Shown piece after piece: positions 23,115 to 34,624 of a DNA stretch of 64,000 nucleotides. The notes under the pieces are model-generated. The model made no database searches and was not told the origin of the DNA. It was given only the letters and a program-made list of their open reading frames with translations. The stretch is from assembly GCF_006345805.1 (NCBI RefSeq), contig NC_043026.1:11160001-11224000 (forward strand), read 5' to 3'. The stretch is from Octopus sinensis (taxonomy: Eukaryota). Position 1 is the first letter of the stretch. The number at the start of each line of letters is the position of its first letter. Made by a program: the position numbers and the translations under genes.

Positions 23115-23131
23115 ACTTCCTGCGCATGCGT
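23115..23131. promoter_or_regulatory. ETS + NRF1-like composite motif, candidate ZNF-A2 promoter
   Basis: ACTTCCTGCGCATGCGT. Confidence 0.55.
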
Positions 23132-23284
23132 ATGTATGCATGCGCGCGCGAGAGAGAGAGCGCGCTTGTAGGTATGCCTATAGTCCCTCGTCAGACCATA
23201 TTTAGGGGAGCTAACTCTCATTAAACCCCCTTCCTTTCACTCTATATCTTATTTTAAATACATCTGTTGTCCATAGGGCTGCGA

Positions 23285-23760
23285 GATGGCAGATTCGTTA
23301 GCATACCAGGCGAAATGCTTAGTGTTCTGAGTTCAAGTTCCGCCGATGTCGACTTTGTGTTTCATCCTTTCGGGGTCGATTAATTAAGTACCAGTTACGC
23401 ACTGGTGTCGATATAATCGACTAGTACTCTCACATCAAATTCCAGGCCTTATGCCTTTAGTAGAAAGGTTTAAATAAGTACCAGTTACGCACTGGGGTCG
23501 ATGTAATCGACTAGTTCTCTCCCACCAAATTCCAGGCCTTATGCCTTTAGTAGAAAGGTTTAAATAAGTACCAGTTACGCACTGGGGTCGATGTAATCGA
23601 CTAGTACTCTCCCACCAAATTCCAGGCCTTATGCCTTTAGTAGAAAGGTTTAAATAAGTACCAGCTACGCACTGGGGTCGATGTAATCGACTTAATCCTT
23701 TGTCTATCCTTGTTTGTCCCCTCTATGTTTATCCCCCTGTGGGCAATAAAGAAATAAATA
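23285..23760 (+). mobile_element. Family C SINE with internal 90-bp tandem triplication
   Basis: TAGAAAGGTT recurs at 23461, 23551 and 23641. Confidence 0.8.
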
Positions 23761-23873
23761 TATCTTTCATCTTTTACTTGATTCTCTTTTTTTCTGAAGC
23801 CTCATACATATTCTATCATGCCATTATACTGAACCGCTAAGTTACGAGGACGTGAACAAACCAACACTGTGTG

Positions 23874-24101
23874 TACATACATACATACATACACACACAC
23901 ACATACATACATACATACATACATACATACATACATACATACATACATACATACATACATACATACATACATACATACACACACACAAACATACACACAC
24001 ACATACATACATACATACACACACACATACACACATACATACATACATACATACATACATACATACATACATACATACATACATACATACATACACACAC
24101 A
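23874..24101. repeat. (TACA)n/(CA)n microsatellite in the spacer between divergent ZNF-A2 and A3
   Basis: Directly visible. Confidence 0.97.
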
Positions 24102-24376
24102 TATGAGTACGTGTGTATGTTTTATATGTGTGTATATATGAACCTGATAGAATAAGTATCAGTCTTCAAAAAGAAAAAAATCCTAGGGTTAATTCATTTG
24201 ACTAAAAATTCCTTCACGGCTGTGCCCCAGCATGGGCGGCACTCCGATGAATGAAACAAGTAAAAAATAAAAGATCTATCGATAATTGGAAATATAGAGA
24301 AAGGGGATTTAATGAGAGGTAGCTTCCTTAAACATGGTCCCCCGTAAAAGACTTTTGACACGCGCGCATACTTAGT

Positions 24377-24394
24377 TGCGCATGCGCAGGAAGT
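24377..24394. promoter_or_regulatory. Perfect NRF1-like palindrome + ETS motif, candidate ZNF-A3 promoter
   Basis: TGCGCATGCGCAGGAAGT ~790 bp upstream of the ATG. Confidence 0.6.
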
Positions 24395-24662
24395 ACTTTC
24401 GCTTCCATCTTTTGTTGTTGTGTTTCACGCACCTTCTCGATCGCTCCGCACGTTTACAATAATATCCTTTATAAAAGATTGCCCCACATTCACACGAAGC
24501 TGAAACTATATTCTTTTATAACAGAACTGTCTATACAGAACTGATATATGCTTCTTTTCATAGATCTGTGCTTGGATTTACTGTCTGGAATGTGCGTGAA
24601 AGAATTTTGCATTCTGACCAAACTCGGACAACATTTTAAATGATTTTGCAGCATCTTAAAAT

Positions 24663-25087
24663 ACCTATTTCTTTACTACCCACAAGGGGCTAACCAACCA
24701 CGGAGAGGACAAACAAGGAGAGACAAACGGATTAAGTCGATTAGATCGACCCCAGTGCTTAACTGGTACTTATTTAATCGACCCCCGAAAGGATGAAAGG
24801 CAAAGTCGACCTCGGCGGAATTTGAACTCAGAACGTAGCGGCAGACGAAATACCTATTTCTTTACTACCCACAAGGGGCTAAACACAGAGAGGACAAGCA
24901 AGGAGAGACAAATGGATTAAGTCGATTACATCGACCCCAGTGCGTAACTGGTACTTATTTAATCGACCCCCGAAAGGATGAAAGGCAAAGTCGACCTCGG
25001 CGGAATTTGAACTCAGAACGTAGTGGCAGACGAAATACTGCTAAGCATTTCGCCCGGCGTGCTAAAGATTCTGCCAGCTCGCCGCCT
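24663..25087 (-). mobile_element. Family C SINE dimer upstream of ZNF-A3
   Basis: Inverted copy of the A1/A2 dimer. Confidence 0.85.
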
Positions 25088-25183
25088 TTGCAGCATCTTA
25101 AAATACCGTTTGCATTGATGAAAATATAACAATACAAATATTTATTAAGTATAAAGTATAAAAATGCAAATCATAAAATTATA

Positions 25184-26404
25184 ATGGAAAGTGGATTAAG
25201 AGACTCGAAACGCATAACGCAACCTAAAATGATTGATATTACTGAAGAGATGGTACTGAAGCAGAAAGAAAAGTCATCATACCATTGTGATATATGTGAT
25301 AAATCATTCACTCAAAAAGGTAATTTTTCCACTCACCTGCGTATTCATTCAGGGGAAAAACCATATCATTGTGATGTCTGTGGAAAATCGTTTTCTGCCC
25401 AAACTTACTTAACTACTCACATACGTATTCATACGGGAGAAAAACCATATCGCTGTGAAGCTTGTGGTAAATCATTTGCTGCAAGAAGTATACTAATTAG
25501 TCACAAACGTATTCATACTGGCGATAAACCATATCGGTGTGATATCTGTGATAAATCATTCTCTGTAGGCAGCACCTTAACTAAACACAAACGCATTCAT
25601 ACAGGAGAGAAACCATATCAGTGTGATATCTGTGGGAAATCATTCTTTCAAAGAGCTCACTTAACTTCTCACGGACGTATTCATACGGGAGAGAAGCCAT
25701 ATCACTGTGAAATCTGTGGTAAAGCTTTCTCTGAAAGTTGTCATTTAACCAATCATAAACGTGTCCATACTGGAGAGAGGCCGTATCGTTGTGGGGTCTG
25801 TGGGAAATCGTTTTCTCAAACAAGTTACCTGAATGTACACATCAAACGTATCCATTCCGAAGAGAAGCGCATTCGTCCACAAGAGAAACCACATCATTGT
25901 GATTTTTGTGGTAAGTCTTTCTCTGAAGCCAGTTACTTAATATCACACAAACGTGTTCATACAGGAGAAAAGCCATACCACTGTAATATCTGCGGCAAAG
26001 CATTTTCTGAAAGAAGTCACTTAATCAATCACAAACGTATTCACACAGGAGAGAAGCCATATCATTGTGACGTCTGTGATAAATCATTTTCTCAAAAAGG
26101 CCACTTGAATATTCACAAACGCACTCATACTGGAGAGAAACCATATAGTTGTGACACATGTGGTAAATCATTCTCTCAAACCAATCACTTAACCATTCAC
26201 AGATATATTCATACAGGAGAGAAACCGAATCACTGTGATATCTGTGGCAAGTCATTCTCTCAAAACAGTGATATAACTAAACACAAACGTACTCATACAG
26301 GAGAGAAACCCTATAGTTGCCATACTTGTGGTAAGTCATTCTCAGATCGAAGAACCTTAAGGAAACACGAGGACATTCATTCTAGAGACAATCCCTGTCA
26401 ATAG
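25184..26404 (+). CDS. C2H2 zinc-finger protein A3, 406 aa, 13 fingers
   Basis: 13 fingers; inverted paralog of A1/A2. Confidence 0.93.
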   Translation: MESGLRDSKRITQPKMIDITEEMVLKQKEKSSYHCDICDKSFTQKGNFSTHLRIHSGEKPYHCDVCGKSFSAQTYLTTHIRIHTGEKPYRCEACGKSFAARSILISHKRIHTGDKPYRCDICDKSFSVGSTLTKHKRIHTGEKPYQCDICGKSFFQRAHLTSHGRIHTGEKPYHCEICGKAFSESCHLTNHKRVHTGERPYRCGVCGKSFSQTSYLNVHIKRIHSEEKRIRPQEKPHHCDFCGKSFSEASYLISHKRVHTGEKPYHCNICGKAFSERSHLINHKRIHTGEKPYHCDVCDKSFSQKGHLNIHKRTHTGEKPYSCDTCGKSFSQTNHLTIHRYIHTGEKPNHCDICGKSFSQNSDITKHKRTHTGEKPYSCHTCGKSFSDRRTLRKHEDIHSRDNPCQ

Positions 26405-26879
26405 TAAATCACTCACTGCAAAGTTGGTGAACCAGTAATGTATTCACGTTGCAGTAAAAACACATAACTAGTACTTTTAGTAAATCACTGAAAATTAGTC
26501 ACTTAACTTGATGCATATGTATTCATATAAATGAATAACTGTAGCAATGTCAAAATTCATTCTATGGCTGTATGCTAAGAAGTATGTTTCTTAACCAAGT
26601 TGTTCTTGGTTCAGTCCCTCTGCATGGCACCCTGGGACGTGTCATACTGTAGCCCCAGGCCAATCAAAGCCTTGTGAGTGAATTTGGTTGATGGAAACTA
26701 AAAGAAGCTTGTGTGTGTGACTATCTGTGTCCCCTACTACTACTTAATAACTGCCATCGGTTTCTGCACCTGTTACGGAACAGAGCAAGAAAAAAAAACT
26801 TTTCTCAAAAAGGCCACTTTCTCCTTCAAATGATCATTTCCTGTGCAGGTGTGTGATGTGCCACATTTTCCTGCTGAAG

Positions 26880-27848
26880 TGAGATAAAATCAGAGACATT
26901 ACGTCAGTGGAAAGAACCTTTGGATGCTGCATTACTTCCCTGAGACAAGAGCTACCGAACAGGAAAGAACTCTTGAGAGTTCAACATTATCAGTGACTAG
27001 TATAAAATGTCTGAGATACTACCACCTACCCTTAAGACATGATATTATTGCAAAAACCATTTACAGTGCAATCTGCAGGAAGGATTTCTCTGACAGATAC
27101 ATCAAAAGAATGCCAGATCCAGAACGAACTCACACTTTTAAAAACATGGAACACTAGTGTAGTACTCCAATAAAAACAGCAATCCGGTGCAAGAAGAACA
27201 GATCTGATGTTGTTCTATCAGACAAGAAACAATACCCTGCTCTCTTTTAGAGGTTCGCTTCCGAGCAGATGTGAATGCATTTCAAAAGTCCAAAAAAAAA
27301 GAAAAGACAATATTTCTGGTGCTTTAATGCAGAACTTACATTCTTGCATCTGAGTACAAATTTGTGTTTGTATCTATCATCACAGGTGCATTAAGCTATG
27401 TATCTACAAATTTACGTGCAAACCAAGAAATTCAAGGTTTCTGAAAGCAAGAGCAAAATAAAATTCAATCTATTTAGTGACACAGAAAATATTTGTCACA
27501 CATGTAGCAGACTCAAGACCCGGAATCAACAAATTGCTAAGTCCTAGTCATTTCACATGATTGGCCAATCAACTGACCAATCAGCATTGAGCTGTCACGT
27601 GATGCAAACTTCTAGACCATATCCAAACGAAACTTATAAATAGACGAGTTTTGGGTGTCAACCCTAACTCCCCCTCCTCACTCCATCCGTAATGTCTTCG
27701 GTCTGTCCTACCATTCGATTTTATTATATTTTCTTATTTTTGTAAAATTTTTCATGTCATCTTTTTTGTATAATCATTCGCTCATTTGACCCCAAAATCA
27801 GATTGTATTGTCCCCTCTTTGTTGGCCCCTTGTGGGTAATAAAAAAAA
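26880..27848 (+). mobile_element. Decayed 3' end of an RLE-type non-LTR retrotransposon (RHD motif, endonuclease region, 3' UTR, A-tail)
   Basis: RHDIIAKTIYSAICRK, TPIKTAIRCKKNRSDVVL and EYKFVFVSIITGALSYV; ends GCCCCTTGTGGGTAATAAAAAAAA. Confidence 0.72.
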
Positions 27849-28294
27849 TCGAAGTATTGGGAGTTGCTGTCATAAAATCTCATTCTTCAACATGTAACAG
27901 TTCTTTTATCAAATTCTTATTAAACTCAACAGACACGGTAGTACTGTCGTGAACTGAGCATGTCTTGTCTTAGTCTTGAATGCGTATTCACAGAGATTAT
28001 TTAAGCATTTATTTTGTTATAAATACAGAGCTATTTCTCCAGAGTGTATACTTTGTTATTTCAAAAAAATGCATCCGGGTTGAAGTACTTGACCGTACTG
28101 AGCAGACTTCCTCTGCTCTGGTTCTCCCAGGGAGTCACATAGTGGGTGATGGCATGCAATCCTATAAAAACATTGGAAGCCAAAATGGTAGTGTGTACAC
28201 TCACGAAGTGAATGTGCATCAACTTTGTTGATCCGGCAAATAAGGATGTTCATACGCAAAATGTGGAAAACTTGTGGATGCGTGTTAAAAGACA

Positions 28295-28831
28295 GGCGAT
28301 CCTTCGGTATAAGTACCGTAAGTGGCTTTGTTTACATTTCTTAAGGTAACAGAGACCCTTTTCTCCCACCCCTAACCCTAACCTCTCTTTTACTCGTTTC
28401 AGTCATTTGACTGCGGCCATGCTGGAGCACCGCCTTTAGTCGAACAAATCGACCCCGGCACTTATTCTTTGTAAGCCCAGTACTTATTCTATCGGTCTGT
28501 TTTTGCCGAACCGCTAAGTAACGGGGACATAAACACACCAGCATCGGTTGTCAAGCAATGCTAGGGGGACAAACACAAACACACACACATATATATATAT
28601 ACATATATACGACGGGCTTCTTTCAGTTTCCGTCTACCAAATCCACTCACAAGGTTTTGGTCTGCCCGAGGCTATAGTAGAAGACACTTGCCCAAGATGC
28701 CACGCAGTGGGACTGAACCCGGAACCATGTGGTTGGAAAGCAAGCTACTTACCACACAGCCACTGCTGCCTCATATATATATAAAAAACACTTTCTTGAA
28801 ATGTATCTGGTACTTATACCGAAGTTACGTC
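28295..28831. mobile_element. MITE with ~23-bp TIR and 8-bp TSD (Merlin-like), itself carrying a SINE
   Basis: TIR GGCGATCCTTCGGTATAAGTACC / GGTACTTATACCGAAGTTACGTC; TSD AAAAGACA at 28287-28294 and 28832-28839. Confidence 0.88.
28384..28771 (-). mobile_element. CORE-like SINE (family B), full length, nested in the MITE
   Basis: Complete head-to-tail match to family B; absent from the second MITE copy. Confidence 0.88.
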
Positions 28832-29120
28832 AAAAGACAGTTACGATGTTCATTTGGAATGTCAGATAATTTGTCCGAGTCATATATTTACCCGAATTTA
28901 AATGGAGGAATTCTAAACCGAAGGGAAAGACGCTTCGGTTGCCATATTTAATGTCTACGCCTTTTGACAATAAGCTGACTTATTTATTTCCCCTTTAATT
29001 TTTATTGAATTTTATTACATTTCCCATATAGAAGGATTACCTAAAGAGAAATATAAAATCTTCTCCGTAAATTGCTTAACACCATGATGCATCTGCTGAA
29101 AATCAAAACATTTGTCAGTT

Positions 29121-30028
29121 ACCTATTTCTTTATTACCCACAAGGGGCTAAACACAGAGGGGACAAACAAGGACAGACATAGGTATTAAGTCGATTATAT
29201 CGACCCCAGTGCGTAACTGGTACTTAATTTATCGACCACGAAAGGATGAAAGGCAAAGTCGACCTCGGCGGAATTTGAACTCACAACGTAACGCAGACGA
29301 AATACCGCTGAGCATTTCGCCCGGCGTGCTAACGTTTCTGCCAGTATACCTATTTCTTTACTACCCACAAGGGGCTAAACATAGAGGGGACAAACAAGGA
29401 CAGACATAGGTATTAAGTCGATTATATCGACCTCAGTGCGTAACTGGTACTTAATTTATCGACCCCGAAAGGATGAAAGGCAAAGTCGACCTCGGCGGAA
29501 TTTGAACTCACAACGTAACGCAGACGAAATACCGCTGAGCATTTCGCCCGGCGTGCTAACGTTTCTGCCAGTATACCTATTTCTTTACTACCCACAAGGG
29601 GCTAAACATAGAGGGGACAAACAAGGACAGACATAGGTATTAAGTCGATTATATCGACCCCAGTGCGTAACTGGTACTTAATTTATCGACCACGAAAGGA
29701 TGAAAGGCAAAGTCGACCTCGGCGGAATTTGAACTCACAACGTAACGCAGACGAAATACCGCTAAGCATTTCGCCCGGCGTGCTAACGTTTCTGCCAGTA
29801 TACCTATTTCTTTACTACCCACAAGGGGCTAAACATAGAGGGGACAAACAAGGACAGACATAGGTATTAAGTCGATTATATCGACCTCAGTGCGTAACTG
29901 GTACTTAATTTATCGACCACGAAAGGATGAAAGGCAAAGTCGACCTCGGCGGAATTTGAACTCACAACGTAACGCAGACGAAATACCGCTGAGCATTTCG
30001 CCCGGCGTGCTAACGATTCTGCCAGCTC
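29121..30028 (-). repeat. Four head-to-tail family C SINE units, 227-bp period
   Basis: Unit starts 29121, 29348, 29575, 29802; identical ORFs at 29209/29436/29663. Confidence 0.93.
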
Positions 30029-30239
30029 TAAATAAATAAAGAATAATATAGCTTAAACCTTTGTCAGTTACCGTTTATTTCCTCGTTTAATTTTCACCCC
30101 GGATTAAATAATCTAGCCATTTATAGCACACTCACTCGTGTTTCAAGTTCAATGGTTTCCCATATAAGGAATATCACTTCCGTTTTACTATCACATGTAT
30201 CCTGGTTGTGTCTATGAAAGTTTGAGATATATCATTCTC

Positions 30240-31680
30240 TATTTATTTAGACTGTCTTAGTAATAACAGATTATTTAGACTGTCTTAGCACAACATATGG
30301 TTAATGTTAATTAATCATAAGTGACAAATACAGATATGTTGTAAGAAATAGTTGAAACTTGTGCTAAATATATCAAAGTCCTCATAAATTTCAAAGCCTT
30401 CCTGCTTCAGTTTGTCCCTCGTTATTTCACCTTAAAGCTACAATCACTCTGTAAGTATCGTTTTCGTTCTTTCTCACTAATTTCTGTCTTCATTTAAACA
30501 ATTTAATTAATCTAATTTTCAGAAAATATATCTCCATAGGTTGTGTGAATTCCGAAATTCACTTTGCGACGAACGGAAAAATGTGTCGAAGCTCGTTGTA
30601 CGTTTTCGTGTTTTTCCCCCAACAATTCTTGACGAACGGTGTTCGTTTGTTTATGCCCCTCTTACGCAGCGATTCGGCAAAAGTAATAGATAATAAACGT
30701 AAGGCGAGTTTGATGACGGCCCGCCCGCCTTAAAAACTGGTTCAGTGACAGGTCGGACGGGTTAGTAAAGTTTTAACGTTGTTGGTAACAACATATTCTC
30801 TTTTCTAATTAAATATTGAAAAAGAGAGAAAATGCAAGGGAAATTAAGTTTGGCGGTACTTGTTTCATTAAAAAGAATTCAAAATTCTTTAATTAAAAAG
30901 AAATTCAGAGGTGTAACGTTGCGCAAATTCATTATTCCCTTGTGTTTTTCACGCACATGTTAGGTTGCCGATAAACATATTTCGTTACAACGTAAAAACA
31001 TGTATTCAAATACGACTAACAAAGAAAAACTAACAAAAAAAGATAGGGTGTGGCACAACCTATTTCTGACTTATTCTACTCCTATTTCACTTTGTAGTCA
31101 TTGTTGGTTGGTGAAATTCGAGCGGCTGAGAAAGTTCGTGCTGTAAACGAATACAATAATATCACATCCGTTTTGTCAGTAGCACTCATTTTGTCTACGA
31201 ACGTTAGAGATATATTATTCTTTGTTTATTTAGGCTAACTTAGTAATAACTAATTAGCACAACAGATGGTTAATGTTAATTAATCATAAGTGACAAATAG
31301 AGATATGTTGTAAGAAATAATTGAAAGTTGTGCTAAATATATCAAAGTCCTCATAAATTTCAAAGCCTTCCTGCTTCAGTTTGTCCCTCGTTATTTCACC
31401 TTAAAGCTACAATCGCTCTGTAAGTATCGTCTTTGTTCTTTCTCACTAATTTCTGTCTTCATTTAAACAATTTAATTAATCCAATTTTCAGAAAATATAT
31501 TTCATAAGTTGTGTAAATTCTGAAATCCACTTTGCGATTTGTGTAGAAGCTCGTCGTGTGATTTCGTGTTTGTCTCCAACAATTCATTTTGTCCCCAAAA
31601 GTTCATTTGTTTGTGTCCCTCTAACGCAGCGGTTCGGCAAAAGTGGTCGATTGAGTAAGAGACTTAAAAAAGAAGTTACT
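30240..31680 (+). repeat. Locally duplicated low-copy non-coding block (30240-30700 ~ 31220-31660)
   Basis: Shared sequence includes cttcctgcttcAG|...ctct|GTAAGT; further homology at 42285-42400 and 43200-43315. Confidence 0.65.
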
Positions 31681-31713
31681 AGTGGTGATTAGTTTAACTA
31701 AACTCTTCAACAT

Positions 31714-31876
31714 AGGCGCAAGAGTGGCTGTGTGGTAAGTAGCTTGTTTACCAACCACATGGTTCCGGGTTCAGGCCTGCTGCGTGGCATCTTGGGCAAG
31801 TGTCTTCTGCTATAGCCCCGGGCCGACCAATGCCTTGTGAGTGGATTTGGTAGGCGGAAACTGAAAGAAGCCCGTC

Positions 31877-31926
<50 letters not shown>

Positions 31927-32235
31927 TTGTGTTTGTCCCCCTAGCATTGCTTGACAACCGATGCTGGTGTGTTTACGTCCCCGTCACTTAGCGGTTCGGC
32001 AAAAACAGACCGATAGAATAAGTACTGGGCTTACAAAGAATAAGTCCCGGGGTCGATTTGCTCGACTAAAGGCGGTGCTCCAGCATGGCCGCAGTCAAAT
32101 GACTGAAACAAGTAAAAGAGACCGATAGAATAAGTACTGGGCTTACAAAGAATAAGTCCCGGGGTCGATTTGCTTGACTAAAGGCGATGCTCCAGCATGG
32201 CCGCAGTCAAATGACTGAAACGAGTAAAAGAGAGT
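31714..32235 (+). mobile_element. CORE-like SINE (family B) with duplicated tail
   Basis: Tail segment repeated at ~32000-32120 and 32120-32235. Confidence 0.85.
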
Positions 32236-32438
32236 ATGGCCGCAGTCCAATAACTATAACAAATAACAGCTTAATCGAAGCTATTTTCTTTTAATCTGTT
32301 CTTGTTTTTTTCACATCTTTTATTTTAAAACAATTTTTTCTTCATATAAATTTCGTTGTTGATCTGGTTTTTATCTTTTGCGTGTTGCTTGTTGCAGTCT
32401 TTGAACTGCAGCCATGCTGGAGCACAGCCTTGAATAGT

Positions 32439-33293
32439 TTAACCCTTTCGTTACTGCATTTATTTTGAGATGCTCCGTGTTTCTTCCAATTACTTTAAAT
32501 ATAACAAAGAATTAAGTAAAATAACATCGTTATCATCAAGCTAGTGTTAGGGACATAAATTGTGACTAAGGATTGGTGGAAGATTTTAATTCAAAACTTA
32601 TGAAAACAAGACATTTGTACTACAGAGCCAGAGCCGGTTTCAGCCGGGTTGGTATTGAAAGGGTTAAAAACATCTCTACATTTCAGCAGATGGACATTAG
32701 AAGCAGTTGAAAGGGTGGGGATTGAAAGAAATTTAGGCTATTATTTCTAGGATACAGAGTGACCACATTGAGGTCTCCTTCTCTCATATCTTCTGCTGAT
32801 TATTTTTCTTCTTAACCCTTTTGTTACCATATTTCTATTAAGATGCTCTGTGTTTCTTTCAATTACTTTAAATATAATAAAGAATTTAGTAAAATAACTT
32901 AGTTATCATTCAGCTAGTGTTAGGGACATAAATTGTGACTAAGATTCGGTGGAAGATTTTAATCCCAAACTTATGAAAACAAGACATTTGTACTACAGAA
33001 CCAGAGGTGGTTTCAACCAGGTTGGTATCGAAAGGGTTAAGAATTGTTTCTCTATTATATATTTTAACCCTCTTGTTACCATATTTCTGTTGAGATGCTC
33101 TGTATTTCTTTCAATTAATTTTAAATATAACAAAGAATTTAGTAAAATAACATCGTTATCATCAAGCTAGTGTTAGGGACATAGATTGTGTCTAAGGTTT
33201 GGTGAAAGATTTTAATTCAGAACTTCTGAAAACAAGACATTTGTACTAAAGAGCCAGAGCCAGTTTCAGCCGGGTTGGTAACAAAAGGGTTAA
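32439..33293. mobile_element. Composite of three TTAA-flanked piggyBac-like MITEs with spacers
   Basis: Colinear reverse complement of 59592-60439 including both spacers; outer flanks unrelated. Confidence 0.82.
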
Positions 33294-33421
33294 TCAGAAA
33301 AAGTCAACCCCATTATGTTTTTTTCTATTATTTATCACTACAGAAATACAGTATAATTTCTACTTTTGTAGTTTTACTGTCTAAGTATATTGTATGTCTT
33401 CAATTTATTTTTATTTTGTAG

Positions 33422-33536
33422 CACAGGCGCTGGTGAGGCCAGTACGGACCTGGAAGACATTTCAACTGAGTGGGGTGAAGCACTAAGCAACAAGAAAGTA
33501 AGACAGATTGACAGAAGCAAGGGTCTTGTTGAAGAG
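33422..33536 (+). other. Candidate 115-nt exon upstream of ZNF-B
   Basis: ttttattttgtAG| ... gaagag|GTgaat; one open frame TGAGEASTDLEDISTEWGEALSNKKVRQIDRSKGLVEE. Confidence 0.4.
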
Positions 33537-33838
33537 GTGAATACATTGTTTGGCCATATATATGTATCATCAATATTTCTTAACTTTTTAAAGATTGAAT
33601 GTTTTACAGAACAGACTTAACCCTTTAGCATTTAAACTGACCATATCCGGCCAAAAGTATTCTGCGTGTTTTATGTTCAAACTGGCCAGATCTGGTCTCT
33701 CACACCAACCCTATAATATCGTTTGTTGAGTGAAAAGTTGGACATGAGGCATCAGATGCAGCATGCAAGAGAGGAGACTACTTTGGGTTGGAATGTGATG
33801 CAAATGAATGAATGAAGACAGCTGTGTAAAGCAGTACT

Positions 33839-34210
33839 GGAGGCGCAATGGCCCAGTGGTTAGGGCAGCGGACTCGCGGTCATAGGATCGTGGTTTCGAT
33901 TCCCAGACCGGGCGTTGTGAGTGTTTATTGAGCGAAAACACCTAAAAAAACTCCACGAGGCTCCGGCAGAGGATGGTGTACTCTTTCACCACAACTTTCT
34001 CTCACTCTTACTTCCTGTTTCTGTTGTACCTGTATTTCAAGGGGCCAGCCTTGTCACTCTCTGTGTCACGCTGAATATGCCCGAGAACTACGTTAAGGGT
34101 ACACGTGTCTGTGGAGTGCTCAGCCACTTACACGTTAATTTCACGAGCAGGCTGTTCCGTTGATTCGGATCAACCGGAACCCTCGTCGTCGTAACCGACG
34201 GAGTGCTTCC
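33839..34210 (+). mobile_element. Family A SINE, tail A
   Basis: TSD AAAGCAGTACT at 33828-33838 and 34211-34221. Confidence 0.9.
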
Positions 34211-34370
34211 AAAGCAGTACTGGTCACTGAAAGTGGATGGCACCTGTGGAAGAGAGATGAAGTGTTGAGGATTGATCTCAGGATGTTAGGGGTCATTGCA
34301 CTCGCATAGGATCTTACCATGTCCCTCCTTTTCAGCAGCACACTTGTTTCTGTTCTCCTACCTGTTAACG

Positions 34371-34586
34371 CTCTCTCTCTCTCTCTCTCTCTCCCTCCCT
34401 CTCTCTCTCTATCTTTCTCTCTCTCTCCCTCCTTCCCTCTCTTTCTCTCTCTCTCCCTCTCTCTTTCTTTCTTTCTCGCTCTATCTCTCTCTATCTTTCT
34501 CTCTCTTTCTCTCCCTCCCTCTCTCGCTCGCTCTCTCTCTCCCTCCCTCTCTCTCTCTTTCTCTCTCTCTCGCTTGCTCTCTCTCT

Positions 34587-34624
<38 letters not shown>
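34371..34624. repeat. Degenerate (CT)n polypyrimidine tract
   Basis: Directly visible. Confidence 0.97.

Larger units (their letters stand above)
28060..28900 (+). mobile_element. Merlin/IS1595(ISXO2)-like DDE transposase relic, interrupted by a MITE
   Basis: LPGSHIVGDGMQSYKNI...YTHEVNVH/NFVDPANKDVHTQNVENLWMRVKRQ|LRCSFGMSDNLSESYI; the frame rejoins exactly when 28295-28839 is removed. Confidence 0.8.

Noticed and set aside
23802-24155. MYVC/TYIH repeat ORFs
   Set aside because: Translations of (TACA)n
29121-30028. 227-bp array with three identical 66-aa ORFs
   Set aside because: Tandem SINE units; the ORFs are incidental antisense frames
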